Below, in pieces: positions 30,962-43,383 of a stretch of DNA of 64,000 nucleotides. The number at the start of each line of letters is the position of its first letter. The stretch's first letter is position 1. A model generated the notes under the pieces. That model searched no databases. It was not told the DNA's origin and saw nothing but the letters and a program-made list of their open reading frames with translations. The position numbers and the translations under genes are program-made. This DNA comes from Piscinibacter sp. (GTDB lineage: Bacteria; Pseudomonadota; Gammaproteobacteria; Burkholderiales; Burkholderiaceae_C): assembly GCF_016706565.1 (NCBI RefSeq), contig NZ_JADJJI010000005.1; one strand, 5' to 3'.

Positions 30962-31173
30962 GCCGTGTTGTCCTTGCTCATCGACGCGGCGAGGGGCGGC
31001 TACTGTGCCCTCTGCTGGAGCCTGCGTGCCGGAGAAGCGATCACTCACGCGCCGTGATGTGGATCACAGTGTCGCGCCGGGGATGGCAGGGCGCCAGATG
31101 TGCACGGCGTTTTCCATCTGTCCCAGGGGGTGCAGATGTCACAAACTGTGACTCAAGGCGCGTGGGCGTGCGC

Positions 31174-32439
31174 TCAAACCACTCCCGAGGCTCGTAGCGA
31201 GGCCACGTCTTCTGCGGTCAACCCCATTTCCTTCAGGACTTCGTCGGTGTGTTCGCCCAGGAGCGGTGGCGGGCGCCGGTACTGCACGGGTGTCTTCGAG
31301 AGCTTCATCGGGCTGGCGACCAGCCGGAGGTCGTCGGCCAGAGGGTGGGGAGAGGTCACCGTCATGCCGCGGGCCTGCACCTGGGGATCGGCGAACACTT
31401 CGGCCAGGTCGTTGATGGGTCCACAGGGCACCTTCGCCGCCTCGAGCGACTCGAGCCAGTCCGACTTGCATCGCCGGCGCATGATCTCTGCGAGCATCGG
31501 TACCAGCACGGCTCGGTTGCGCACCCGGTCGGCGTTCCGGGCGAAGCGCGGGTCGGCCGCAAGCTCGGTCCGGCCGGCCACCGCGCAGAACCTGGCGAAC
31601 TGCCCATCGTTGCCCACTGCCAGGATCATGTGGCCGTCGGACACTTCGAACACCTGGTAGGGCACGATGTTCTGGTGGGCGTTGCCGGCACGTTGCGGCG
31701 CCACACCGGTGGCCAGGTAGTTGGCTCCAAGATTGGCCAGCATGGCCACTTGCGTGTCGAGCAACGCCATGTCGATCGCCTGGCCCTGGCCGGTGGCATC
31801 GCGATGGCGCAGCGCGGCCAGGATCGCCGTGCTGGCATACATGCCCGTGAAGAGGTCGGCCACGGCCACGCCGACCTTCTGCGGCCCGCCGCCCGGCGCG
31901 TCGTCGGCGATCTCCCGGCGCGACGGCCCGGTCACGCTCATCAGGCCGCCCATGCCCTGCACGGCGTAGTCGTAGCCGGCGCGGTCGCGGTAGGGGCCTG
32001 TCTGGCCGAAGCCGGTGATCGAGCAGTAGACCAGGCGCGGGTTGAGCGCGAGCAGGCTGGCACTGTCCAGGCCGTAACGCGCCATGTCGCCGACCTTGAA
32101 GTTCTCGACGAACACATCGCTTTGTTCGGCCATCCGACGGATCAGCGCCTGGCCCGCGGGCTGGGCGATGTCGACGGTCACCGAGCGCTTGTTGCGGTTG
32201 GCGCCGAGGTAGTAGGCGGACTCGGCGGTGTCGTGGCCGTACCGGTCGCGCAGGAAGGGCGGGCCCCAGCCGCGGGTGTCGTCGCCGCCGGCGCCGTCGC
32301 GCATCGGCCGCTCGATCTTGACGACGTCGGCGCCCAGATCGGCGAGTGTCTGCGTGCACCAGGGGCCGGCGAGTACGCGGGACAGGTCCAGCACACGCAC
32401 GCCGGCCAAGGGCGCGCTGGGCAAAGAGGCGTCGTTCAT
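31174..32439 (-). CDS. CaiB/BaiF family (class III) CoA-transferase
   Basis: PLAGVRVLDLSRVLAGPWCTQTLADLGADVVKIE N-terminus and family-typical length. Confidence 0.9.
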   Translation of the reverse strand: MNDASLPSAPLAGVRVLDLSRVLAGPWCTQTLADLGADVVKIERPMRDGAGGDDTRGWGPPFLRDRYGHDTAESAYYLGANRNKRSVTVDIAQPAGQALIRRMAEQSDVFVENFKVGDMARYGLDSASLLALNPRLVYCSITGFGQTGPYRDRAGYDYAVQGMGGLMSVTGPSRREIADDAPGGGPQKVGVAVADLFTGMYASTAILAALRHRDATGQGQAIDMALLDTQVAMLANLGANYLATGVAPQRAGNAHQNIVPYQVFEVSDGHMILAVGNDGQFARFCAVAGRTELAADPRFARNADRVRNRAVLVPMLAEIMRRRCKSDWLESLEAAKVPCGPINDLAEVFADPQVQARGMTVTSPHPLADDLRLVASPMKLSKTPVQYRRPPPLLGEHTDEVLKEMGLTAEDVASLRASGVV

Positions 32440-32481
32440 GAGCGAATTGTGGCTTCAGGGAGCCCGGGATAATGCCTTCCG

Positions 32482-33006
32482 ATGGACAGATTCCGCCTTC
32501 CGCTGGCCACCGCGCTGGCCGCCACCCTGTGGGCCTGCGCGCCACCGCTCGACTGGCGCGAGTTCCAGGCCGAGGGCAGCGGAATCGTCGCTACCTTCCC
32601 GTGCAAGCCCGATCGCCATTCGCGCAGCGTCGCCCTGGCAGCACAGACGGTTCGCATGGAGATGCTCGTGTGCAGCGCGGGCGACGTGACCTTCGCTCTG
32701 AGCTTCGCGGACCTCGCAGACCCAGGGCAGGTCAGCGTGACGCTGGCGGAGTTGCAGGCCCTGGCCACGTCGAACCTTGGCGCTGCGCGCCCCGAGAGAG
32801 TCGAGTCGGCCGTGCCCGGCATGACCCCGAACCCGAACGCGGCGCGTCTGCGGCTGGAAGCGACCCAAGCGAACGGCACAAGCATGCAGGAACAGGCGGC
32901 TTTCTTCGCCAAGGGCCTGCGTGTCTACCAGGCCACCGTGCTGGGCAAGAAGGTGCCCGCCGAGGCGGCCGACACCTTCTTCGCTGGATTGCGCCTGCCT
33001 TCATGA
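32482..33006 (+). CDS. Putative lipoprotein (hypothetical)
   Basis: Lipobox-like ATLWAC after a signal sequence. Its stop overlaps the MFS start (ATGA). Confidence 0.6.
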   Translation: MDRFRLPLATALAATLWACAPPLDWREFQAEGSGIVATFPCKPDRHSRSVALAAQTVRMEMLVCSAGDVTFALSFADLADPGQVSVTLAELQALATSNLGAARPERVESAVPGMTPNPNAARLRLEATQANGTSMQEQAAFFAKGLRVYQATVLGKKVPAEAADTFFAGLRLPS

Positions 33007-34229
33007 TGCCGCTGCGCTCGGCGGTGCCTGTGTTCCTCAGTTTCGCGCTGGCCTATTTCTTTTCGACTCTGGTCCGAGCCGTCACGGCGACGCTGGCGCC
33101 GGCACTGAGCACCGAACTGGGCTTGAGTTCGGGCGATCTGGGCCTGCTGGCGGGGGCCTACTTCCTGGGTTTCGCCGCGATGCAATTGCCGCTGGGCAGC
33201 GCGCTGGACCGCCACGGCCCGCGCCGCGTGCTGCTCGCACTGCTCGGTGTCGCGGTGGTGGGCTGCGCTGCGTTCGCGATGGCTCAGCACTTCGTCGCCC
33301 TGACCCTGGCCCGAGCATTGATCGGCGTCGGCGTCAGCGCCTGCCTGATGGCGCCGTTGACGGCCTTTCGACGCAGTTTCGGGCCGCAGGCGCAGCTGCG
33401 GGCGAATTCGTGGATGCTGATGAGCGGGTCTCTCGGCATGGTGGCGTCGACCTTGCCCGTGCAGTGGATGCTTCCCGTTCTGGGCTGGCGCGGGCTCTTC
33501 TGGCTGATCGGCTTCCTGCTGGCACTGTCGATGGCTGCGATCGTCGTCTGTGTCCCCGCGGACGACTGCCGCCGCTTCGCTGCTTCGCGGACCACGGGCT
33601 ACGCCGCCATCTGGCGGCAGCGAACCCTTCTTCGTTTCGCGCCGCTGGCCTTCTTCCACTACGGCGGGATGATCGCCGTGCAGTCTCTGTGGGCCGGGCC
33701 GTGGCTGGTGCAAGTCTGCGGATGGACGCCTGAGCAGGCGGCTGCGGGGCTGTTCGCCATCAACCTTTCGATGCTCCTGGCCTTCCTCGCCTGGGGGCTG
33801 TTCGTTCCCAGGCTCTACCGGGCGGGCTGGAGTGCCCAGCGCCTGGTGACCTGGGGCGTTCCCGTGAGCCTCTTGTTGCTGTTGCTCGCCATCGGCCTGG
33901 GTGAACGGGCGACGGCCTGGGCCTGGACGCTGTTCTGTGTGAGCAGTTCGGTGCTGTCGCTGTCTCAGCCGGCCGTGGGCCAGGCGTCTCCATCGGAGCA
34001 GGCCGGCAGGGCGCTGTCAGCCTACAACCTCGTGATATTCGGCGGAATCTTCACGCTGCAGTGGGGGCTCGGAATCGCCATCGACACCTTCATGCGTGGG
34101 GGAGGATCGACCCTGTCGGCCTTTCGGGCGGCAATGGCGTTGTTCGCTGCATGTGCAATCTGCGCCTACCTGTGGTTTTTGCGGTACGACGACGCATCGG
34201 TGGGTGCCTTGCCCGTCGAACGGGCGTGA
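33003..34229 (+). CDS. MFS transporter
   Basis: 12-TM pattern with G..LDR.GPRR loop motif (ALDRHGPRRVL). ATG at 33003 lies inside ORF 32472-34229. Confidence 0.85.
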   Translation: MMPLRSAVPVFLSFALAYFFSTLVRAVTATLAPALSTELGLSSGDLGLLAGAYFLGFAAMQLPLGSALDRHGPRRVLLALLGVAVVGCAAFAMAQHFVALTLARALIGVGVSACLMAPLTAFRRSFGPQAQLRANSWMLMSGSLGMVASTLPVQWMLPVLGWRGLFWLIGFLLALSMAAIVVCVPADDCRRFAASRTTGYAAIWRQRTLLRFAPLAFFHYGGMIAVQSLWAGPWLVQVCGWTPEQAAAGLFAINLSMLLAFLAWGLFVPRLYRAGWSAQRLVTWGVPVSLLLLLLAIGLGERATAWAWTLFCVSSSVLSLSQPAVGQASPSEQAGRALSAYNLVIFGGIFTLQWGLGIAIDTFMRGGGSTLSAFRAAMALFAACAICAYLWFLRYDDASVGALPVERA

Positions 34230-34250
34230 GTTGCCGATAATTTCCGACCT

Positions 34251-34700
34251 ATGCCCGGATTGCTGATCATTGCCCACGCACCGCTGGCCTCCTCGCTGAA
34301 GGCGGTGGCCACACATGCGTTCCCGGATTGTGCGCATCGCCTCGAGGCTTTCGACGTTCTTCCCGACATGACGGTGGAGCAGATCGAGCAGCAGGCGCGC
34401 GAGATGCTGGCGAAGATCCGGCTTCCTGAAGCCCTCATCTTCACTGACGTGTTCGGAGCAACGCCCTGCAACGTCGCGCAGCGCCTGGCCGATGGCGTTC
34501 AAGTCAAGGTGATCGCCGGCGTCAACGTGCCCATGCTCTGGCGCTCGCTGTGCTATGCCGATGAATCGCTGGACGCGTTGGTGGCGCGAGCCGTTGCCGG
34601 CGCGACCCAGGGCATCATGCAGGTGGCTACGTCCAGACCGCAGAACCAGACATTCAAACCCGGCGGAAATGATCAAGACCACCGTCACCATCAGCAATAA
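34251..34700 (+). CDS. PTS EIIA component, mannose/fructose family
   Basis: LIIAHAPLASS…TDVFGATPCN matches the EIIA-Man pattern with the phosphorylatable His in IAHA. Confidence 0.85.
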   Translation: MPGLLIIAHAPLASSLKAVATHAFPDCAHRLEAFDVLPDMTVEQIEQQAREMLAKIRLPEALIFTDVFGATPCNVAQRLADGVQVKVIAGVNVPMLWRSLCYADESLDALVARAVAGATQGIMQVATSRPQNQTFKPGGNDQDHRHHQQ

Positions 34701-34938
34701 GCTGGGCCTGCACGCCCGCGCCTCGGCCAAGCTGACGAAGCTCGCCGGCAGCTTCAAGAGCGATGTCTTCATGAGCCGCAATGGCCGGCGCGTCAATGCC
34801 AAGAGCATCATGGGCGTGATGATGCTGGCCGCCGGCATGGGCAGCGATGTCGAGATCGAAACGACGGGCGCCGACGAGCAGGAAGCTGCCAACGCGCTTG
34901 CAGCGTTGATCAACGACAAGTTCGGCGAAGGTCAGTAG
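34669..34938 (+). CDS. ptsH: Phosphocarrier protein HPr/NPr
   Basis: GLHARAS (His15 region) and NAKSIMGVMML (Ser46 region). 89 aa. Overlaps the EIIA 3' end by 32 nt. Confidence 0.9.
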   Translation: MIKTTVTISNKLGLHARASAKLTKLAGSFKSDVFMSRNGRRVNAKSIMGVMMLAAGMGSDVEIETTGADEQEAANALAALINDKFGEGQ

Positions 34939-35006
34939 GACTCTCGGCCGGTCGCCTGTAAGAAGTACCGATGGGCGACGACTTCGTGAGCCGCTAGGAT
35001 GCTCGC

Positions 35007-36797
35007 ATGAGCTTCCAGGTGTTCGGACTTCCCGTCTCCCGAGGTGTGGCCATTGGCCGCGCAGTGCTGGTCGCCTCCAGTCGCATCGACGTCGCGCACT
35101 ATTTCGTCGACGAGACCCGAGTCGACGCCGAAGTCGCGAGGCTGCGCGTCGCACGCGACGCCGTGGCTGGCGAACTCAGCCTGCTCAAGCGCGACCTGCC
35201 GGCCGAAGCGCCGGGCGAACTCGCGGCACTGCTGGACGTGCACCTCATGCTGCTGCACGACGATTCTCTGACCGGCGCCACGAAGCAGTGGATCCACGAA
35301 CGGCACTACAACGCAGAGTGGGCCTTGTCGGCGCAACTGGAAGTTCTGGCTCGGCAGTTCGACGAGATGGAGGACGACTACCTGCGCGAGCGCAAGGCGG
35401 ACCTCGAACAGGTCGTCGAGCGCTTGCTGCGAGCCCTCGCACGGGGACCGGGGGCGTCGTTCGCGGCGGCTCCGGCGGTGGGGGCGCGAGACTTCGGCGG
35501 CGAGGAGCCGCTGGTGCTGGTCGCCAACGACATTGCCCCCGCCGACATGCTGCAGTTCAAGGGCAGCGTCTTCACTGGCTTCGTCACCGACGTGGGCGGC
35601 AAGACTTCGCACACCGCCATCGTCGCCCGCAGTATGGACATACCGGCGGTGGTCGGTGCGCGGGAGGCAAGCCGCATCATCCGCCAAGACGACTGGGTGA
35701 TCATCGATGGCGACAACGGCATCGTCATCGTCAACCCGTCGCCGATCGTGCTCGAGGAGTACCGCTTTCGCCAGCGGCAAAGTGAACTGGAGCGCGAGCG
35801 GCTGTCCAGGCTGCGTCACACGCCGGCCGTCACCCTGGATGGCGAACGGATCGAACTCCTTGCGAACATCGAGTTGCCCGTCGATGCGAAGTCGGCGCTG
35901 GAGTCGGGCGCGCTCGGGGTCGGGCTGTTCCGCAGCGAATTCCTGTTCATGAACCGTGGAGGCGAGCTTCCCGGGGAGGACGAACAGTTCGAAGCCTACC
36001 GGGCCGCGGTCGAAGCGATGAACGGGCTGCCCGTGACGATACGCACCGTCGACATCGGCGCGGACAAGCCGCTTGAGCGGATGTCAGTGAACGAACTGCG
36101 GCACGAGCACGCACTGAACCCCGCGCTTGGCCTGCGTGCGATCCGCTGGAGCCTGTCGGAGCCGGGCATGTTCCGGCAACAGCTCAGGGCAATTCTGAGG
36201 GCCAGTGCCTACGGCAAGGTGCGGATGCTGTTCCCGATGGTGGCTCATCTCAGCGAGGTCAAGCTGACATTGGAGGCGCTCGCCAAGGCGAAGCAGCAGT
36301 TGACCGATGCAGGGCGCGCCTTCGTCGATGTCGAGATCGGCGCCATGATCGAGGTGCCTGCAGCGGCACTGGTTCTGCCGATCTTCCTTCGCCATTTCGA
36401 TTTCGTTTCGATCGGCACGAACGATCTGATCCAGTACACCCTGGCGATCGATCGTGCCGACGAGGCGGTCTCGCATCTGTACGACCCATGGCACCCCGCG
36501 GTTCTCGGGCTGATCGCCAGCACGATCCAGCAGGCGCGCAACGCAGGAAAGCATGTGAGCGTGTGTGGCGAGATGGCGGGGGATCCAGCCTTCACCGAGC
36601 TCCTGCTCGGCATGGGGCTGCGCAGTTTCTCGATGCATCCAGCGCAGATTGCCTCCATCAAGCAGCGCATCCTGCGAACCGACGCTCGGCGATGCGCTAC
36701 CGTCTTGCCGGAGCTCTTGGCATCAGACGACCCTGAGCTGCGGTCACGCTCCGCAGAAGTGGGTGGTGCGAGTCGTCTCATCGCGGGCGGTCGTTGA
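35007..36797 (+). CDS. ptsI: Phosphoenolpyruvate-protein phosphotransferase (Enzyme I)
   Basis: GGKTSHTAIVARSMDIPAVVG phospho-His region, RTVDIGADK, FVSIGTNDLIQYTLA. Confidence 0.95.
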   Translation: MSFQVFGLPVSRGVAIGRAVLVASSRIDVAHYFVDETRVDAEVARLRVARDAVAGELSLLKRDLPAEAPGELAALLDVHLMLLHDDSLTGATKQWIHERHYNAEWALSAQLEVLARQFDEMEDDYLRERKADLEQVVERLLRALARGPGASFAAAPAVGARDFGGEEPLVLVANDIAPADMLQFKGSVFTGFVTDVGGKTSHTAIVARSMDIPAVVGAREASRIIRQDDWVIIDGDNGIVIVNPSPIVLEEYRFRQRQSELERERLSRLRHTPAVTLDGERIELLANIELPVDAKSALESGALGVGLFRSEFLFMNRGGELPGEDEQFEAYRAAVEAMNGLPVTIRTVDIGADKPLERMSVNELRHEHALNPALGLRAIRWSLSEPGMFRQQLRAILRASAYGKVRMLFPMVAHLSEVKLTLEALAKAKQQLTDAGRAFVDVEIGAMIEVPAAALVLPIFLRHFDFVSIGTNDLIQYTLAIDRADEAVSHLYDPWHPAVLGLIASTIQQARNAGKHVSVCGEMAGDPAFTELLLGMGLRSFSMHPAQIASIKQRILRTDARRCATVLPELLASDDPELRSRSAEVGGASRLIAGGR

Positions 36798-36821
36798 CGA
36801 CCGCGAAAAGAATGCTATAGT
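36794..36821 (+). promoter_or_regulatory. rrn promoter P1 candidate
   Basis: TTGACG (36794-36799), 16 nt spacer, then TGcTATAGT (extended -10, 36813-36821). A GC-rich cgcgg discriminator follows. The -35 overlaps the ptsI stop codon. Confidence 0.55.
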
Positions 36822-36894
36822 CGCGGTCTTCGCTGAGAACAGCGCCGCGATCAGTTCGCGACACCGACAAGGCGAAGATAAGAAAGTTGAGTGT

Positions 36895-36924
36895 TTGACA
36901 AGGTTTAGAAAAACATGTCAGAAT
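36895..36924 (+). promoter_or_regulatory. rrn promoter P2 candidate
   Basis: TTGACA (36895-36900), 18 nt spacer, then TGtCAGAAT (36916-36924). Followed by the same TCTTCGCTGAGAAC block as P1. A-rich upstream sequence. Confidence 0.5.
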
Positions 36925-36974
36925 CGCTTTCTTCGCTGAGAACGGAAACGAAATCAGCGAACGCCGAAAGGCAA

Positions 36975-36993
36975 GCTCTTTAAAAACTAACAG
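36975..36993 (+). promoter_or_regulatory. boxA-like antitermination element (leader); second copy at 39034-39046
   Basis: GCTCTTTAAAAACTAACAG compared with the E. coli boxA TGCTCTTTAACAA. The 16S-23S spacer carries TGTTCTTTAACAA. Confidence 0.5.
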
Positions 36994-37111
36994 CCGATAA
37001 GTGTGGGCGTTTGAAGGCGAGTGCCAAGAGTCGAAAGACTCAAGGTCTCTTGGACCTAAAACGCTCACTGAAGTGAAGTTCACTTCAATTCTTTGAGCAA
37101 AATTCAAGATC

Positions 37112-38642
<1,531 letters not shown>

Positions 38643-38789
38643 GGAAAATAGCACTCAATTTCTCTCGCCCACACTTATCGGCTGTAGTTGACAACAGTGT
38701 GTGAGCGTGAGCCGGCTGAGCCAGACCAGCTGCGTGCTTCGGCACCTGGTTGACGCGACGTAGATCCCACGCTTCGCAATGAACGTGAA

Positions 38790-38866
38790 GGGTCTGTAGC
38801 TCAGTTGGTTAGAGCACCGTCTTGATAAGGCGGGGGTCGTTGGTTCGAGACCAACCAGACCCACCA
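38790..38866 (+). tRNA. tRNA-Ile (GAU)
   Basis: 77-nt cloverleaf, anticodon loop CTTGATAAG, 3' CCA encoded. Confidence 0.97.
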
Positions 38867-38874
38867 TCTTCATG

Positions 38875-38950
38875 GGGGGATTAGCTCAGCTGGGAGAGCA
38901 CCTGCTTTGCAAGCAGGGGGTCGTCGGTTCGATCCCGTCATCCTCCACCA
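38875..38950 (+). tRNA. tRNA-Ala (UGC)
   Basis: 76 nt, G3:U70 identity pair (GGGGGAT/ATCCTCC), anticodon loop CTTTGCAAG, CCA encoded. Confidence 0.97.
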
Positions 38951-39222
38951 CTTCACCAACGATCTAGTCGCTGCCGCGAGTGGCCACTCTCTGAGTGGGC
39001 TGCTCGCGACAGCGTCTCGAAAGAGTCGGCTGTTGTTCTTTAACAATTCGTAGAGTCGAATCAGAGTTGTCGACGGAAACCGCTTCATGGCGGACCGTGC
39101 CGTCGGCAACATTTTGATTGCGTCACCAAGAATCAACTCGCAAGAGTTTGAAGAACGGCGAAACGCGCAATACTCAAAACAGTCCTTGACGATGCCTCTA
39201 CAGCGAGGCGTCAAAGTTATAG

Positions 39223-42099
<2,877 letters not shown>

Positions 42100-42234
42100 A
42101 TAACTTTGACCTGATGGTCAGGGTGAGTACAAGCTGTTTTGCCGATCTTCAAGTGAAGATTGGTGTGCAATCAAACTGATTCAGACTCTGCGAATTGGCT
42201 TCCTTGCCTCGATGGCAAGGCGGCAACCGGTTAA

Positions 42235-42349
42235 GCCTGATGACCATAGCGAGGTGGTCCCACTCCTTCCCATCCCGAACAGGACAGTGAAACGCCTCAG
42301 CGCCGATGATAGTGCGGATTCCCGTGTGAAAGTAGGACATTGTCAGGCT
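42235..42349 (+). rRNA. rrf: 5S ribosomal RNA
   Basis: GCCTGATGACCATAGCGAGGTGGTCCCAC…CCGAACAGGACAGTGAAACGCC…GTCAGGC, collinear with bacterial 5S. Confidence 0.9.
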
Positions 42350-42363
42350 AATACAAGCAGAAA

Positions 42364-42394
42364 GGCCCCCGTCGATTGACGGGGGCCTTTTCTC
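42364..42394 (+). terminator. Rho-independent terminator of the rrn operon
   Basis: GGCCCCCGTC-gatt-GACGGGGGCC followed by TTTTCTC. Confidence 0.8.
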
Positions 42395-42423
42395 ATTGGG
42401 GCTTCAAATAAGGCGTGGGAATA

Positions 42424-43383
42424 TCACAGATTCCTGACCACTCCATTTGAAACCCCGATCGCCTTGCTCTTGCACAGGCCTTCAAGGAGTTCGGCACGCC
42501 ACTCGTCTGCAGGGACTCTTGCGAAGTGCATGCGGTGGATTGCCGCAAAGTACTGTGTTGCATCCAGCCAAGCGTGCAGCTCCGCCAACGATTGGGTTTG
42601 CACTTCGAGCAGGTGGAACTTGATCAGTACTTTCGCGGCATGCGCGGCATGTCTCCGCGGATCTGCCTCGAATCGACTGAGTCTGTCGCGAGCCCGATCG
42701 ATAGCGGCGGCAACACCGGTAAACGGACGACCGTGACCGGGAATCACCCACTCAACCGGGAGCGAGGCGATCAGCGCCAACGTCGAGCGCACGTCTGAAA
42801 AGGAGTCTTTCCCCTCCAACTCCGGAAAAACGACACCGAATCCGTCTTCCCAAAGTGCGTCAGCCGAAATGAGCAACCGAAGATCGGGCTCGTAGAGCAT
42901 GACCGATTCAGGGTCGTGACCAGGCGAAGCGACAACCTTCCACGTGCGACCGGCGAGGACTATCACATCGTCGGACGCGAGAACACCGTCGGAGCTGAAT
43001 CGCGGGCAATGTTGCCCTGTCGGGCGGTAGGTCAGCAAGGACTCGTCCCAGTCTTGCACCTTCTTGTGCTCCCCGGAAGGGACGGAAATTCGGCACCCGA
43101 AAGCTTGAACGAGCGCGGCGTTGCCTCCGCAGTGATCCGAATGCAGGTGCGTATTCAACAATGCCTCGAGCCGAGCCCCACCCAGAGCCCGACGGGTGAG
43201 TTCAACCGTCTGCGCCTGATGGGTCCAGTACCCGCTGTCGACCAGCGTGGCGCCCGCCCCGGACGCCGGGACGAAGAGAACATTGTTGGAGGAGAGCCAT
43301 CCGCGCTCGAACACGGTGGCTCCTGCAGCCTCAAGACGATCCCCCAGTTCGGGAACGGAAGACCGAAGAACTTTCGATGCCAT
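42424..43383 (-). CDS. MBL-fold metallo-hydrolase
   Basis: HLHSDHCGG motif plus downstream His/Asp ligands (SPGHDPES, IPGHG). ATG at 43383 overlaps the fadD stop (ATGA). Noticeably lower GC than its surroundings. Confidence 0.85.
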   Translation of the reverse strand: MASKVLRSSVPELGDRLEAAGATVFERGWLSSNNVLFVPASGAGATLVDSGYWTHQAQTVELTRRALGGARLEALLNTHLHSDHCGGNAALVQAFGCRISVPSGEHKKVQDWDESLLTYRPTGQHCPRFSSDGVLASDDVIVLAGRTWKVVASPGHDPESVMLYEPDLRLLISADALWEDGFGVVFPELEGKDSFSDVRSTLALIASLPVEWVIPGHGRPFTGVAAAIDRARDRLSRFEADPRRHAAHAAKVLIKFHLLEVQTQSLAELHAWLDATQYFAAIHRMHFARVPADEWRAELLEGLCKSKAIGVSNGVVRNL

